Below, piece after piece: positions 14,962 through 28,800 of a stretch of 64,000 bases of DNA. Within the stretch, counting starts at the first letter, position 1; every line of letters begins with the position of its first letter. The DNA is taken from NCBI RefSeq assembly GCF_964204645.1, contig NC_134033.1:7386655-7450654 (forward strand), read 5' to 3'. A model generated the notes under the pieces. That model did no database searches and was not told the origin of the DNA. It saw only the letters and a list, made by a program, of their open reading frames with translations. A program made the translations under genes and the position numbers. This stretch comes from Tubulanus polymorphus. Taxonomy: Eukaryota > Animalia > Nemertea.

Positions 14962-15709
14962 TAATGTTCATTTAGTCATAGAAATTCATTGCCTTTTTGG
15001 AGTTTCTGTAATAATATTTGTTCTGCCCTAATTTTTATTACTGTATGAACCAATGATATGCTTTGTAAATATGATGTAATAAAATAAATTTGAATTAAAT
15101 TTGAACATGAGAATCAAGCATAACTTGTGTTTTTTCAACTTGTCTTACTTGTCTTTTGTTAACAGTTCCAGAGTTTCAATTACAATCAAATCCAAATTGG
15201 CTAAAAAGTACATAGCACTCAATGAAATGAACGGTTAGTTACTGCAAACCTATTCCAGTGTTATGTCGATCGTGTTGAATCACTTTCCTTGAGTTGAAAG
15301 AATCAGATCTTCTATGGTACAACATCGGTCGAAGAGAGATATATCTTATATTAAATTATAATGGCACCAGTTATAGTAACATCACTGTAGGGCCGACGAG
15401 AGGGAAAAAGTTGTGTTTGTAGTACATAGGCATGGTAGGCTTGTCGTACTCACTTAATACTTAAAACGCTGTTGTTACCGGTACGTGACTGTACGGTGAT
15501 TTCTACAGGTTAGCCATATGTGAGTACGTTGACGCTCAGACTTGCAATATTGGGATTCGAAACCAAACGAAAAAAAAATCCAGTAGTAGTCCAGTGATTT
15601 ACCCACTGTGCCACAGAACGTAACTGGTGGGTGGATGAAATTTGATTTACAAATAGCCTAGCCTCACCTAACCCAAACTCTATTCTTTTACGCATGCGCG
15701 TTTGCAGAT

Positions 15710-16050
15710 TATAGGAACTCACGTACAGCGTTTTTAGGGAACTCACGTACGGTTAACCTGTGGATATCACCGTACAGTCACGTACGCGTTACAATTTCGT
15801 ACTTAAAATGGTATTGGCTACTAGGAACTCACGTACGGCGTAAGTAGGGAACTCACGTACGGTTAACCTGTGGATATCACCGTACAGTCTCGTACGCGTT
15901 ACAGTTTCGTACTTAAAATGGTATTGGCTACTAGGAACTCACGATTGGCATTATAGACTTAGTAGGGACCTCACGTACGCGGTTAACCTGTGGAGATCAC
16001 CGTACAGTCACGTGCGGTTAACAACTACGTACTTAAAATGGTATTGGCTT
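15710..16050. repeat. ~110-bp tandem repeat (~3 copies) inside element A
   Basis: Recurring GGAACTCACGTACGGTTAACCTGTGGATATCACCGTACAGTCACGTACGCG. Inverted copy at 56760-57100. Confidence 0.8.
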
Positions 16051-17044
16051 CTATATAATAGGCCTATAGACAAATAAATACCGGTAGGCTTTCTTATAAT
16101 CTTAGCTTCCACACTTCACAACCGAACCAACTGACCAACCAGTATATTTAGTCCCAGTACGCACCAACCGGCACAGGCCTAACACTGTTTGTCAACTGTG
16201 TGTACCGTTGTAGGCTATCGATAATCACCTGATACTTTTCTGTCGTTTGTTTTCTCTCTGAGACGAAGACGAACGTAATTCTAGTAGCCTTCCGCGACTC
16301 AACGACCTTGATTTAAACTTGATCAATTCAAAGTCTGTTTATTGACGCTTTTGGTTACATGAACTGATCGGCAATATACTTAAATAAAATAACCGGAATA
16401 ACAAGAAATCAAAAATATTAAAGAGGTAACAAACAAATGCCCGTAAACCTGTCAGACACGCGAACGCCGGACTCGTAAACTCTTGGACTCGGACCCGCTG
16501 AGCAATAAATTCATAAAATTGACTTTGAAATTGATTGTGGAGAAGAGAGGGAATAATTCGATAGCTCTTCCTCGAAAAGAAGAGAGAAATATCGGTAAGA
16601 AAACACAACATGGCTACTAATTGAATCGAGCCAAATTTCCGATGTTTACGGCTCGACAGTGCCTTTATAACGTGGATTTATCAAAATTCCCATGCAGTAT
16701 CTGGAGATTGAAGTGAGCTGAAGGACATCATACGGATTGTATCGGCGACAGCGGTAAGGTAAGGAAGCCTTTACACTTTTAACAAAAACTATGTGGAAAA
16801 GGGAAAAAAAATAATAATCATCACGCGAATTTCAATAGGGTTTTCTGTGAAGAAACAGAAAACCCTAATCACGCGAATTTCAATAGGGTTTTCTGTGAAG
16901 CAACAGAAAACCCTAAATATGTAAATGATAATAATAACAATCAACAGAATTACAAAAGGGTTTTCGACGAAAGTCAGAAAACCCTAATAATCACGCGAAT
17001 TTCAATAGGGTTTTCTGTGAAGAAACAGAAAACCCTAATAATGC

Positions 17045-19450
17045 TTTCCTCTCCTGATGCGATGGGAGATTTAGTTTTGTAGTTTTAGAACCATTAATAT
17101 GGGAAGTTAATGGTTCAGCTGAATTTATAGTTAATGAGGATTGAGGATTCAAAATTGACGATGTAGATTCAGGTGTAGATTCATTATTCGAAATCGGTGC
17201 AGATTCAGGTGTAGATTTTTATAGTCAAAATTGGTGCAGATTCACTCTTCGAAATTGTTGTAGATTCAGGTGTAGATTCATTAGTCAAAATTGGTGCAGA
17301 TTCACTATTCGAAATTGGTGTCGATTCAGGTGTTGATTCATTAGTCAAAATTGCTGCAGATTCATTATTCGAAATTGGTGTAGATTCAGGTGTTGATTCA
17401 TTATTCAAAATTGGCGTAGATTTAGATTTGGCTGTAGTTAAGACTGATTTGCTTTTTTTAGGGGCGATATGGGAGTCTGACATCTTTAATTTAGAACTAG
17501 CTAGTGTATTATTTGACTCAGTTGATCGTTTATGTCTCTGTCTGCGAGATAATCGTGATATCTTAGAGAAAGTAGTGCTATTAGCAGTAGGCCTAGGTTG
17601 AGATAACTTTGAGAAGAGTTGAGTAATATCAATTAGATGTTTCATAATCCAATTAATCAATATCAATCTAACAAAATCAGAATAGTAAGAAATGTTCTTA
17701 AGATAAGATAATTCATTGGGAGATGAAAATACACTTGAAATATCCTTTTCATAATAGGTTGCAATGCAAGCACCAATTAATGTAGCAGGGCCACAGACAG
17801 ATGAACATGTTTGGAGTGGGTAATAACTAGTACAATTATTACTACATACATGCACTAAATTTTCAGTAACAAAATGAGGATCATGGAGGTGGATATAAAC
17901 AGGATCAGCGCAATTCAAACCTTTCAAAACAGAGCTTAAATGATTTTTAAATTCCCTAGGACAACCCCATGCTAATGTATCAGCATAACACACTTTGTTA
18001 CTTTTTGGGTAAAAAACTACTAGTGCATAATGATTGGCAACAACATGTCCATAAGAATTTAGAAATACGAAATCATTTTGGGTGCCAACATGCAGGAAAA
18101 GAATTAGTTTATCACAACTTATGAGTGGATTAGGACCGAATCTTTTATATAAATTTGAAAAATATTTCTTAGCATCAAATGTAAGTGGCATCATAAATGC
18201 ATGAATATTACAGTACTGTTCATTTATCATAGATGCAAAAGCATTTAACACAGATCCTTCAAACTATTTTTTTAGTTATCGTTAGATATAGATTAGTCAT
18301 CGTCTGAAGTTCTGGTGCAGATACGCTATTATCATTACCAACAGGAAATTGTTGAGAGGGTTTTAAGGAAAAGAGCATATTTGAAAATGCTTGAATCTGT
18401 TCCCAATCGACTGAATCAATGGGGCGTAAAGGCTTACTATTTACCCAAAGATTCATGGCAAAAAGATCTTGTTGTTTGGTTTTAGCATAATGTAAGAAAA
18501 GAAACCTATTAATCTGATCAATAGAATAGCAGCCCGTATCGAGTCTCACATGGATATTAATGGAAGGGTCACGGACAATCCTTGACTGCATCTGTGGTTT
18601 TATGTCCTCCAACTGATTTTTGTGGGGCATAGTGGGGGCATCATCAGCCAAATGACATAAATTAGACATGTCACAAATTCTGAATGACGTGACCTTTGAT
18701 GGCATAGCAGTAGGATTTTTCAAAAACTGATAGTCATTGAGGCACATTTCTGTTGGATTGTAACTAAAATTTCTTCTACATACATGTTCATCATCAGAAT
18801 CATTCTCATCACTATCATCAATTATGATTGGTTCGATACTTCCACCACCTGCGATACTTAGCTGTTTTTTGTTTTCCATCCATCTATCTTTCTGCATCTT
18901 TAATCTTTCTATCCTTTCTTTCGAACTATCTTCCTGCATCTTTTCTTCTTCCTCTATCGTTCCTTCCGAGAAATTGTCACAAGCCGCAGCCTTTCCTTCT
19001 TCCTCCATTGTCCGCCTGAAATACGCATTATCAACTCACTTTTTTTAGACATATCAATAGATAGAGTATGAAATTACCCATATAGGCCTAACATAAAAAA
19101 CATGGGTATCTCTGAGTCATTTGCATTAAGTCATTTGCATTTGTAGGTACTAAGATAATTGAATTATGTTGTACTTACATTTCAGTGTGGTTTAAACTAA
19201 CATGGTCTAGAAGATCTTTCCAATTCATGAATTCAACTCCGCAAAAACATGTCGAGTCAGCAGGATCCGTCTGTGGATGAATAACCTAATGTAGAAGAGC
19301 ACATTAATCTGTTTTTGCTTCAACATCTATGCAAAAATGACAAAAATGAACCCGCGTCTCGCAGAAAGGGCATCAAACTTACATATTCCAGTGAATTCCT
19401 TTTTCTGTTAAATCTTTTAGTATTGTGACAACTTCTATTGTAGCATCCCT
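17045..19450 (-). pseudogene. Decayed spliced gene with C2H2-like zinc finger and Ulp1/C48-like cysteine protease domain, probably transposon-borne
   Basis: ORF 17205-18251 has NHYALVVF...YADTL...QTCSSVCG (His-Asp-Gln-Cys pattern of clan CE proteases). A TTCAG acceptor at ~19016 opens ORF 18259-19008. Small GT-AG exons at ~19179-19285 (CFCGVEFMNWKDLLDHVSLNH) and ~19383-19448. Frame break at ~18255. More exon-like segments extend toward ~22200. Confidence 0.5.
17160..17420 (-). repeat. Coding minisatellite (~60-bp unit, ESTPESTPISNSESAPILTN)
   Basis: Repeated TAGATTCAGGTGTAGATTCATTAGTCAAAATTGGTGC. Confidence 0.8.
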
Positions 19451-22400
19451 GAATATGAAAACAAAGCTTTACAGCATAAATCATACCAATACCAATGAAT
19501 TTCTATAATTTCATTTCGAGAAACATATTACTCACGTTCTTAGTCTAATAAAAAGGAGTTAATAATTTAGGCTTTAAACAAATACCAACACCAGCCACAT
19601 CAATTTTAGTCATGTACTGGAAAAAAAGACAGATCTATGCATGCAAAGCCTTAAGGTAATTGTGAAATAAAAGTGACCAAACTAATATTTCACTGAGAAC
19701 CTTAGTGTCAGTGGTATATCGCTAACGCGACCCCTGACACTAAGTCGCGGAAGCCATATACGCGGTGATTTAAAATTCTTTTTAATTCAACTCTAATTAT
19801 ATCATCACTACTCAGCTCTCATTCAACCGATTTCAAAAAATAAACCATTCTCAGGACTGGGTGAAACTAATATTAAATCATATGTTCTTGAGATGATATG
19901 TACCTGGTCGAATGTGAAAAAGGCTCTTTGATCTTCACAACAGAATTGTTTCCTTGTATGATGCGCAACGTCAAAACTGCTATACTGGATTGTAGGATAC
20001 AAAAAACTGTTAAAATGTATCTCCTAACTTTAAAGATAAATCATGTACAAATCACACTTAGGAAAACAACTTTACCACTATTGTTGAATCATCCCATGAT
20101 CTTGCTTGATCATTCTTCAACTTGTTTTTCGCTATCAGCTATCAATATGATTCATTAATTCAATGCAAGGATTTTGAATAAAGTGGTTTCGTATTCAAGT
20201 TATAAAAACCAATTGCAAATCATTCATTTTCTAGGATATCAATGCTAAATGATTACCTTTGGTCGATGGACTGCTCTACTTCTTTGCATCTTTTCTATCT
20301 CATATGGAAAGTATTGAGGGCACCTGATTAAGAATCATTCATTATTTCCAGTAATCATTAAATTTATGTAGTTTGTATACCTGGTAATTGGATAAAATAA
20401 TGCAATTCTACGTACATTTGATTTTCATTTTTCAATAGTAGTAGTTCGATTATTCTGTTATTGATGAACTGATTTCCCTTACGGCTGGGGTGTAACAAGT
20501 CAGTCCTAGATCACAAAATTTAGAAAAAAACAAGTTAGTTTAAATCGCGAAAAATGCTTATAACCTACTGGGCTTATTAAAATTAAACGATTACTTACGG
20601 TGAAAGGAGATCTCTTGAGAAGTGAAAATCAACAAACTTTACACCCAGTGTAAAGCATTCGCGGTGCAGCATTTCATTGTAATGAAAAATCTTTGTGTCA
20701 GCATCGAAACTTTACAAAAGAAAGAAATTTAAAAATCAATACATCGATCATAAATATAGTACTTCAAGAAAAATCTATTCTTGATACTTACTCATCACAT
20801 CGAGGAAAAAGAGCTGGTACAATGATGGTCCCAGTACATTTATAGAGCAACAAACGAATTAATTCAACGTGTCTTCGCAGAACAATCTCAAGCGGGACAT
20901 CACGCGTCATATTATTTGTTCCAACATTCAGCATCTTCACCTTTTTCAATTTTTTGTTATATAGGCCTACAACTAATCAGTAAGCCAATGAAAATGAACA
21001 ATATAAATCAGTACTGAACCGAGAAATTACCTTCCATCAATGTTTCGATGGTTTCTCCGGGGCACATCCTTGTCCATTCAAATAAGCCTACACCATCTAG
21101 CCCAGCATACTTTAAAATGCTGTTTGCTACGAGACCAATACGCTACAAAAAAAGATTATTTCCTGGTTGTAACTTCATGGTCAGTCTCAGGCCAAACTCC
21201 CTGTGACATTGGCAATGTCACAGGGAGGTGTGAGAAAGCACACTGGTTACAGTAAGACCCTACTATGCAAAAGAAGTGAAACATATATGTATATCAATGT
21301 GATAGAATTGATTGAAAAAATTGTGCATAATAGTAGCTAGTGGCCAAAAATAGAACATAGTGTTATTGAAGTGAAAATTTCTAAAATCCTCTGAAGCGGT
21401 GCTTATTTGGTAGCTACATAGGTATTCTTATTGAATAAGCATAAAGATAAGCGTGCACACACAGTAGCCTATACATAAACAAGGGCCAGTTTCACCTTCA
21501 CCTAAAAGTCCTGCAGTGTGAAGACTAACTTGTTCGCCTAAACCACCTGTACCAGGCTGTGGTAGGCCTAACATCAGGCACTAAATTAAAAAGATTCTTC
21601 TAAATCAAATTATCTATAAACACCCTCTTAATTGCAGGCAGACTGATTCAGGGAGGGGTGCAGCCGAAAATAGGGCATACGTACCACTATCATATATAAT
21701 TAAAAATCATAAGGGCACCAGATCATCAAAAAACATAATGCCTATATTTTGGAAGTACAGAGAACATGTTTTTGAATATAAGCTTTTTAAAAATACCTGT
21801 TGATATTTTTCATTTTCCTTTTAAATTTCAGTGCAACTTAAAAGTTTTAAGGGGAGTGCACCCCTGTATCCTCTCCTGATCTGCCCCTGAATTGCCAGTT
21901 AACAAAATTTCTCAGCTTAATTGTTGGCTAACTACCTCAGTGAAACTGGGACCAGACCTAATGCATACACCCTCGGTGGCCAGGGCCAGGATTGAACAGT
22001 TAGGCTATATAAATAAAAGAATGAAAAGTACTTATCCTGAAATTGGCTCTATCTGCAACAAGAAATACATTTTCATTGACTCTGAATGAATACAGGGACC
22101 TACCATTCTGATTCGAGGCCTTGAAATTTATTGTTTATTTTTTGTTGCTGGATTTGGAATGGTTGTTGAAATATTCCCGTCAATAGCTTCCCTGTAAAAA
22201 CATACTAGCCAGCACTAGCTTGGCCGGAAAACCCGCCAGAAAATTGCGACTTTGAGACCTAGCGGTGGCGCCCTCCACCGGAAACCGCCATCTTTTTTTC
22301 ACTGGCGAGAACGCACAATGTGTTCGTTTATCAATGGTCGGAAAATCGTGAATAATCTACGCTATAGACGTGTGTATGTCGGCTTTGTGTTGACTAACAA

Positions 22401-22759
22401 ACGAACAATAAGCAGTGGAATCGGGTGATTCATCGATCGGCCCGCGGTGAGATCGTTCTCTTATCAATTTCTAATCCGAAATTTTTCGATTTCTCGATTT
22501 CATAAAAAATTTCCTCCCGGTCGTGCCATCGTTTTCTAAACATTAAATTATATTGAGTACACGCTACCTCCCGGGGTTTCACAGCCTTCGGTCCTAACTT
22601 ATATTCCGTGGTGTTTTTTTATCGTCGTTTTCATCGATTCCGTTTTTTTTCATAATAATGAAAAATAAAAAATACACTTCGTTTATAACTTAAGTTTTAG
22701 CGTACTTCAGTTTTCAGTACAATGTCGGACAGAGGTTCTGTCCCTAAGGGGCAGAAGCG

Positions 22760-25700
22760 TTGTGCGGGAGCTTCGTGCTCAAAAATAAGATATCGACATA
22801 CAAGGCAGTATGTCTCCGTTACAGCATCATCAAAATCTACCCTGCTCAAAGGAACGGTCGTCAATCGACAATACCGACGAACTTGAGTCTGAGATGGAAA
22901 AACCAATTTCTACTGACTGACGTACTGAACTGAACTAGCCATGCAGCAGAGGCCACGACACCGGCAATTTGTTTGTTCACTTTAAAGATGACTGATTTAT
23001 AATGCTGAATGAATGTGACACTAGATATAAGCAGTCAATTCAGTGGTAGAAAATTATTAGCCTATATGACAGGTAACTTTACTTACTTCACTTCAACTTC
23101 AATGTCTTTTAAAACTTGTGAACAGTAAATGAATACTTATTTACAAATATTCTGTTGATTGTCTATTGTAGGTCATTGTGTGTGTTCTGGTGTTGATTTT
23201 CTGAGATACAACTCAGGTTTTCTTAAGAATTAGAAGTAATACGCATTAAATTGAATGAGCTCAACATGCACAGAATGAATTGTTGTCTCATGGTAAGTTT
23301 GAAAAACGGATGAAACATGAATTGAAAAGTCAATCCAGGTTTAATTGTTAGTATATGTATATCGGTTTAATTTCAGAAAGTAACCTCAATCACGAATCAA
23401 AAAGATTAACGAATCCAGCATTAATCATCATGAAATTAATAACAAGTGGTGAAACTCCTCGATTCTGATATAGTGATGAGGTTTAAAGAGCTGGAATTTA
23501 TTAATAACTACACGAGCAAGCATGCAATTGGAACTGGGATTGGATTTAGGCCTACTTTCTGTTAAAGACTTGGTCTTTGTGATTCGAGTTAAGTTAGAGA
23601 TATCAGTGTCATTCTGTTGTCACACAATTTGCCATGTTACTAAATACGTATGTCACCATCTTGTCAGGCAGTCTGTATATTGAATAAGATTTTGTACTAG
23701 AAAGTGGATAATAAATATAAATAAGAGTTTGTCGTGATGGATTTTATACTCAATTTCTAGCGAAAATCATGTATGGTCCATGAGGAGAGGAAAATAATGC
23801 AAATATCCAGTTGATCTGAATTACAGTCTAGCCCAACTTGCTGTCTGTATCATCAGGAATATATGTAGCGATGCCGCGTTGGATCCAAATATCTGTTATC
23901 AAAAAACTGACAGGGAGTTTAACTATTGTAAACTTTATTCAGACTTTAGTCATTTTCACATCATCAGAAACACAACAATTGAGTGAATATATTTTACATA
24001 TGGTTGACAAAGAAACCATGTCGCCCTTCAGCCAAGTTCCCTCAGAATGACTATCACAGCTGATCCCTTTTCCTTACCTACAAAATTAATAAGTATCAAT
24101 TCAGTAGTGGCTATATTTGAATTCCGAGTAATATCAGCAGTTTAATTCGATACTCACAGCAATTAATGCCTTTTATTCGGTCTTTAAATTTCCGTTTGTT
24201 TGCTGATTACATTTATGATTCATAGATTATCAGCTGCCTTACTGTAATCAATCATTCCAGTGCGATTTTGATATTACTCTTAGTTTCGCTTATTCGATGA
24301 GACGCCCGGAAGTAAATCGATACTGACATGTTTGACATGCATCGAAAATGTGGGATGGGATCAACCGGTCTCTAACTGAAGGTAGAGACCGGCAACCAGT
24401 CTACAATTGAATGGGACAGGCAACCAGTCTACACATGAGTCATTCTGCAGATTAGACTGGTCGCCTGTCCAATTCTGCGCCACCCGCATTCGCAGTCAGA
24501 ATAGGACTTAGAGAATAGGTTTAACCCGTCCGCCATCTTCCGCAGAATATACGGATCCAATCAGATTTCAGTATTTCATCACGTGAACAATGTAACATGG
24601 ACGCCTCCAGAGTGTCTCGATTTACGTTCCACGGACCTCTTATAAGTCGATTTTTACATCAATGGAAGAAAGAAACTCGACCAAAACTATCAGGTAACGC
24701 TTCTACGAGAACCTGTACTGCGTGTGGCCTCGAAGATATCGGCATACAAGGCAGTACGTCTCCGTTACAGTACCATCAAAATCTACCCTGCTCGAAGGAA
24801 CGGTCGTCAATCGACAACAATACCGACGAACTTGAGAAATGGAAAACCAATTTCTACTGACTGACTTACTAAACTGAACCAGCCATGCAGCAGAGGCCAC
24901 GACACCGGCAATTTGTTTGTTCACTTAAGATGACTGATTGATTATGCTGAATTTGACACTAGAGGTGAAAATATTAGCCTATACGACAGGTACCTTCACT
25001 TCACTTCAATGTGTTTTAAAACTTGTGAACAATAAATGAATACTTATTTACAAATATTCTGTTGATTGTCTATAGTAGGTCATTGTGTGTGTTCTGATGT
25101 TGATTTTCTGAGATACAACTCAGGTTTTCTTAAGAATTAGAAGTTATACGTATTAAATTGAATGAGCTCAACATGCACAGAATGAATTGTCGTTGTAGAT
25201 GGTAAGTTTGAAAAACGGATGAAACATGAATTGAAAAGTCAATCCAGGTTTAATTGTTAGTATATGTATATCGTTTTAATTTCAGAAAGTAACCTCAATC
25301 ACGAATCAAAGAGATTAACAAATCCCGCATTAATCATCATGAAATTAGATTCCAAATAACAAGTGGTGAAACTCCTAGATTCTGATACAGTGATGAAGTT
25401 TAAAGAGCTGGAATTTATCAATAACTCACGAGCGAGCATGCAATTGGAATTGAGATTGGATTTAGGCCTACTTTCTAGTCAAGACTTTGTCTTTGTGATT
25501 CGAGTTAAGTTAGAGATATCAGTGTCGTTCTGTTGTCACACAATTTGCTATGTCACAAAATACGTATGTCACCGTCTTGTCAGGCAGTCTGTATATTGAA
25601 TAAGATTTTGTACTAGAAAGTGGACAATAAATATAGAATTGCCAGTGAAAAAGAGTTTGTCGTGATGGATTTTATACTCAATTTCTAGCAAAAATCATGT

Positions 25701-25780
25701 ATAGTCCATGAGGAGAGGAAAATATTGCAAATATCCAGTTGATCTGAATTACTGGTCTATTCCAACTTGCTGTCTGTATC
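22760..25780 (+). repeat. Local tandem duplication (~1.5-kb unit); second unit continues at 42204-42637 after the Polinton insertion
   Basis: 22760-24282 aligns by eye with 24720-25780 plus 42204-42637. Confidence 0.85.
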
Positions 25781-25875
25781 AGTAATTGGAAGATGGCGTT
25801 TTCAGGCCAGAGGGCGTGAGGGCGAGACATCCCACTCATCACCACAAGTAATTTTTTTTCTTAATAAATGGGAGA
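25781..25875 (+). repeat. Left TIR (~95 bp, includes polB start codon)
   Basis: Reverse complement of 42109-42203 with few mismatches. Confidence 0.95.
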
Positions 25876-28800
25876 CAGTGAGTTCCAAACAGAAAACAAT
25901 AATGTCAATAAAAATCAATATTATTGCCAATATTGTAAAAAATACATCGATACATCTCATAAAACACGGCATGAAAAAACTGCAAATCATATAAAAAATG
26001 TAATAGATTTTGAAACTCCAGAAAATTCTAATGAAAGAAAAGAACGATTAGAAAATATGAATGTGGATGAAATAAAATGTGAAGTTTGTAATGAATTTAT
26101 AGTAAAAAGGAATTATAATAGACATCTCGAATCACAAAAACATTATAAAAATTTAAATAAAAATGTTTTAGGATTAGAATATTTTGATAATAAACCTCAA
26201 CAAGTAAAAGAATCAACTTCAAAAACAAAATCCATTTCAAATAAACCTTACATGGAAAATGTTAGAAATTATATTGATTCACTAGAAATAAAAGATACAA
26301 TTGAAATTTTAGAAACATTACATAGTAAAATTGGTCCTGCAGCTATTATATTTAGATTCTTTAAAGGTACAACAATAGAAGATTATAGTAAATTTAATGA
26401 AATAATAGAAAAAATACTAGATTTGATAACAGATGTTGAATATCCAAAAATTAGTATCTCTGGGAAAGTAAGTTTTATAAAGTCAGAAGAAAAAATGGAT
26501 TATAATATTCAAACACACTCTGAAGAAATAATTTCAAAAACACAAATAAAAGAGAAGTTAGAAAAAATATTTAATGAATTTAAACGTCATATTGAAGAAA
26601 GATATTTTGAGGGTTCTGGCTTAACATTGAATGAAATTATATATTTAGATTTAAATGTTTATAATACAAAAAGAAATAAAACATCAAAAAGTAATAAAAT
26701 GTTTAAAAATGATTCAAACTTTATAACAGAAAAAGATATGAAAGCATCAAGTTATATCAAATTACCATTTATAACAAAAGCAGTAATAAATATTCAAAAT
26801 GAAGATAATAAATGTTTTCTATGGTCAATTATTAGTTGCTTACATCCAACAGAAGAACATGTTGATAGAATAACAGATTACCGGAAATATGAAACATTAT
26901 ATAAAATTGATCAATATCCAGTAACTATAAAAATGATTCCTAAAATAGAAAAAGTTAATAATTTAAAAATAAATGTATTCGAATTAATGCAATTACCAAA
27001 GACAAAAGGTGAAAATATTAAAGATTATACATTGGAAGCTTTATATTTAACTGAATATTATGATGATGAAAATGCTATAGATTTGTTATATTACAAAAAA
27101 GATGAAAATGAACATTATATGTGGTTAAAACAAATTGATTTATTCTTTAGAACAGAAAGTGATTTTAACAGCCATAAAATTTATCTATGTAGAAAATGTT
27201 TATCTAAATTTAGAACTGAGAATACATTATTAAAACATAAAGAATTATGTGATAATAAAGATTTTTGTAAATTAATAATGCCAACAGAAAAAGATTATAA
27301 ATTGAAATTTACTAATCATAAATTTAAAAATATTGTTCCATTTGTAATTTATGGGGATTTTGAATCATTGAATAAAGAATTAACTGATCAAGATAGAAAA
27401 GAAATATATAACAAAAAGCAATTATTAAAATCAATGGATAAAGGAAGTGAATTAAATGAAGACATAATACAAGACCCACCAATTATAAATACAATTAAAA
27501 AAGTTCATCAAAGAGCTGCTGCTTATGGAATTTATATAAAATCAAATTATCCCGAATTATATGAAAGTCAATATATTTCCTTTAGAGGTGAAAATGTAGT
27601 TAATGATTTTTGTGATAAAATGATGGAATTAGAAAGTGATTTTGCAAAATTATTAAACAAAAATAAAAGAATAGTTATGACAAAAGAAGATGAAATTGAT
27701 TTTAATTATGCAACTCATTGTTGTTACTGTGAAAAACGTTTTTATTCATTTGATAAAAAAGTTAGAGATCATAATCATTTGAATGGAAAGTTTAGAGGCG
27801 CTGCACATGAGAATTGTAATTTGCAAGCAAAGAAAATCAATTTTGTCCCCATTATATTTCACAATTTATCGGGGTATGATACCCATCTATTTATAAAACA
27901 ATTATCGGGAAAATTGGGTGCAATTAATCAAGAAATAGAAGAATATAATGCTATGAATGAAGCAAATGTAAGAAAATATGATTTTAAACTATTAGCTAAA
28001 ACATCTGAAAATTATATTTCATTTCAATTTGGTTGCATTAGATTTATAGATTCATATAGATTTTTAAATAGTTCATTAGATAATTTATCAAAAAGTTTAG
28101 TTGATAATGATTTTATTATAACTCGATATTATTATCCAAATGACCAAGATTTTAAATTATTGAGATATAAAGGCGCAATTCCTTATTCATTTTATAAAAC
28201 ACACGATGATTTCAAAGAAACGAAATTATTAAAAGATCAATTTTATGATAAATTAAAAGAGGAGTATGTGAAAGACGAAGTTTTTAATAGAACATTAAAT
28301 ATTTGGAACCATTTTAAGATGAAAAATCATGGTGAATTAGTTGATTTATATTTAAAATCAGATGTTATGATATTGGCTGACATATTTGAAAAATTTAGAG
28401 AAGTTAATTTGAATCATTTTAATGTTGATCCTTGTTATTGCTACTCTAGTCCTGGTTTAACCTGGCAATGTGGTTTAAAATATACAAATGTAGAATTAGA
28501 TTTATTAAAAGAACCAGATATGGTTTTATTATTTGAAAAATCAATTAGAGGTGGAATTAGTGGTGTTATGGGAGATAGGTATTTTAAAGCAAATGATGAA
28601 TATAAATTATTATATATTGATGCCAATAATTAATATGGTTGGGCAATGATGCAACCTCAACCATATAAAAATTTTATATTAACAGAAGTTGAAAATGGTG
28701 ATAAAACTGATTGGGAAAGCGCAATTATGAGTTTAGAAGATGAAGCACCAATTGGTTATTTCTTTGTAGTTGATTTAGAATATCCTGAAAATATAAAGTT

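Larger units (their letters stand above)
13791..16867 (-). mobile_element. Helentron-like family A element (innermost, A3)
   Basis: Complete 5' hairpin end and 3' subTIR/hairpin end. Homologous to 10677-13790 and 54026-59487. Confidence 0.72.
5530..17040 (-). mobile_element. Nest of Helentron-like non-autonomous elements: A1[B1[A2[A3]]]
   Basis: Four stacked 5' ends (TAGGGTTTTCTG-loop-CAGAAAACCC) at 16820-17040. Matching 3' ends (CAGAAAACCCGTYATCGCTGCTTYGCAGCTATATTT) at ~13791, ~10677 and ~5798, after each of which the interrupted outer element resumes. Insertions are at TT, with no TSD. Confidence 0.75.

Noticed and set aside
8423-16611. Short ORFs repeated in several places (e.g. 8651-8893, 9043-9282, 10721-10906, 13310-13582)
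   Set aside because: They recur only because they lie in recently duplicated non-coding elements. Many have non-ATG starts and none has a recognisable domain.
16820-17040. CRISPR-like array of hairpin repeats (also 53872-54070)
   Set aside because: These are stacked 5' termini of nested elements, with no unique regular spacers, no cas genes and a eukaryotic context.
24597-24860. Possible THAP/zinc-finger gene in the duplicated unit
   Set aside because: The reading frame is not conserved between the two duplicates and no complete motif is visible.
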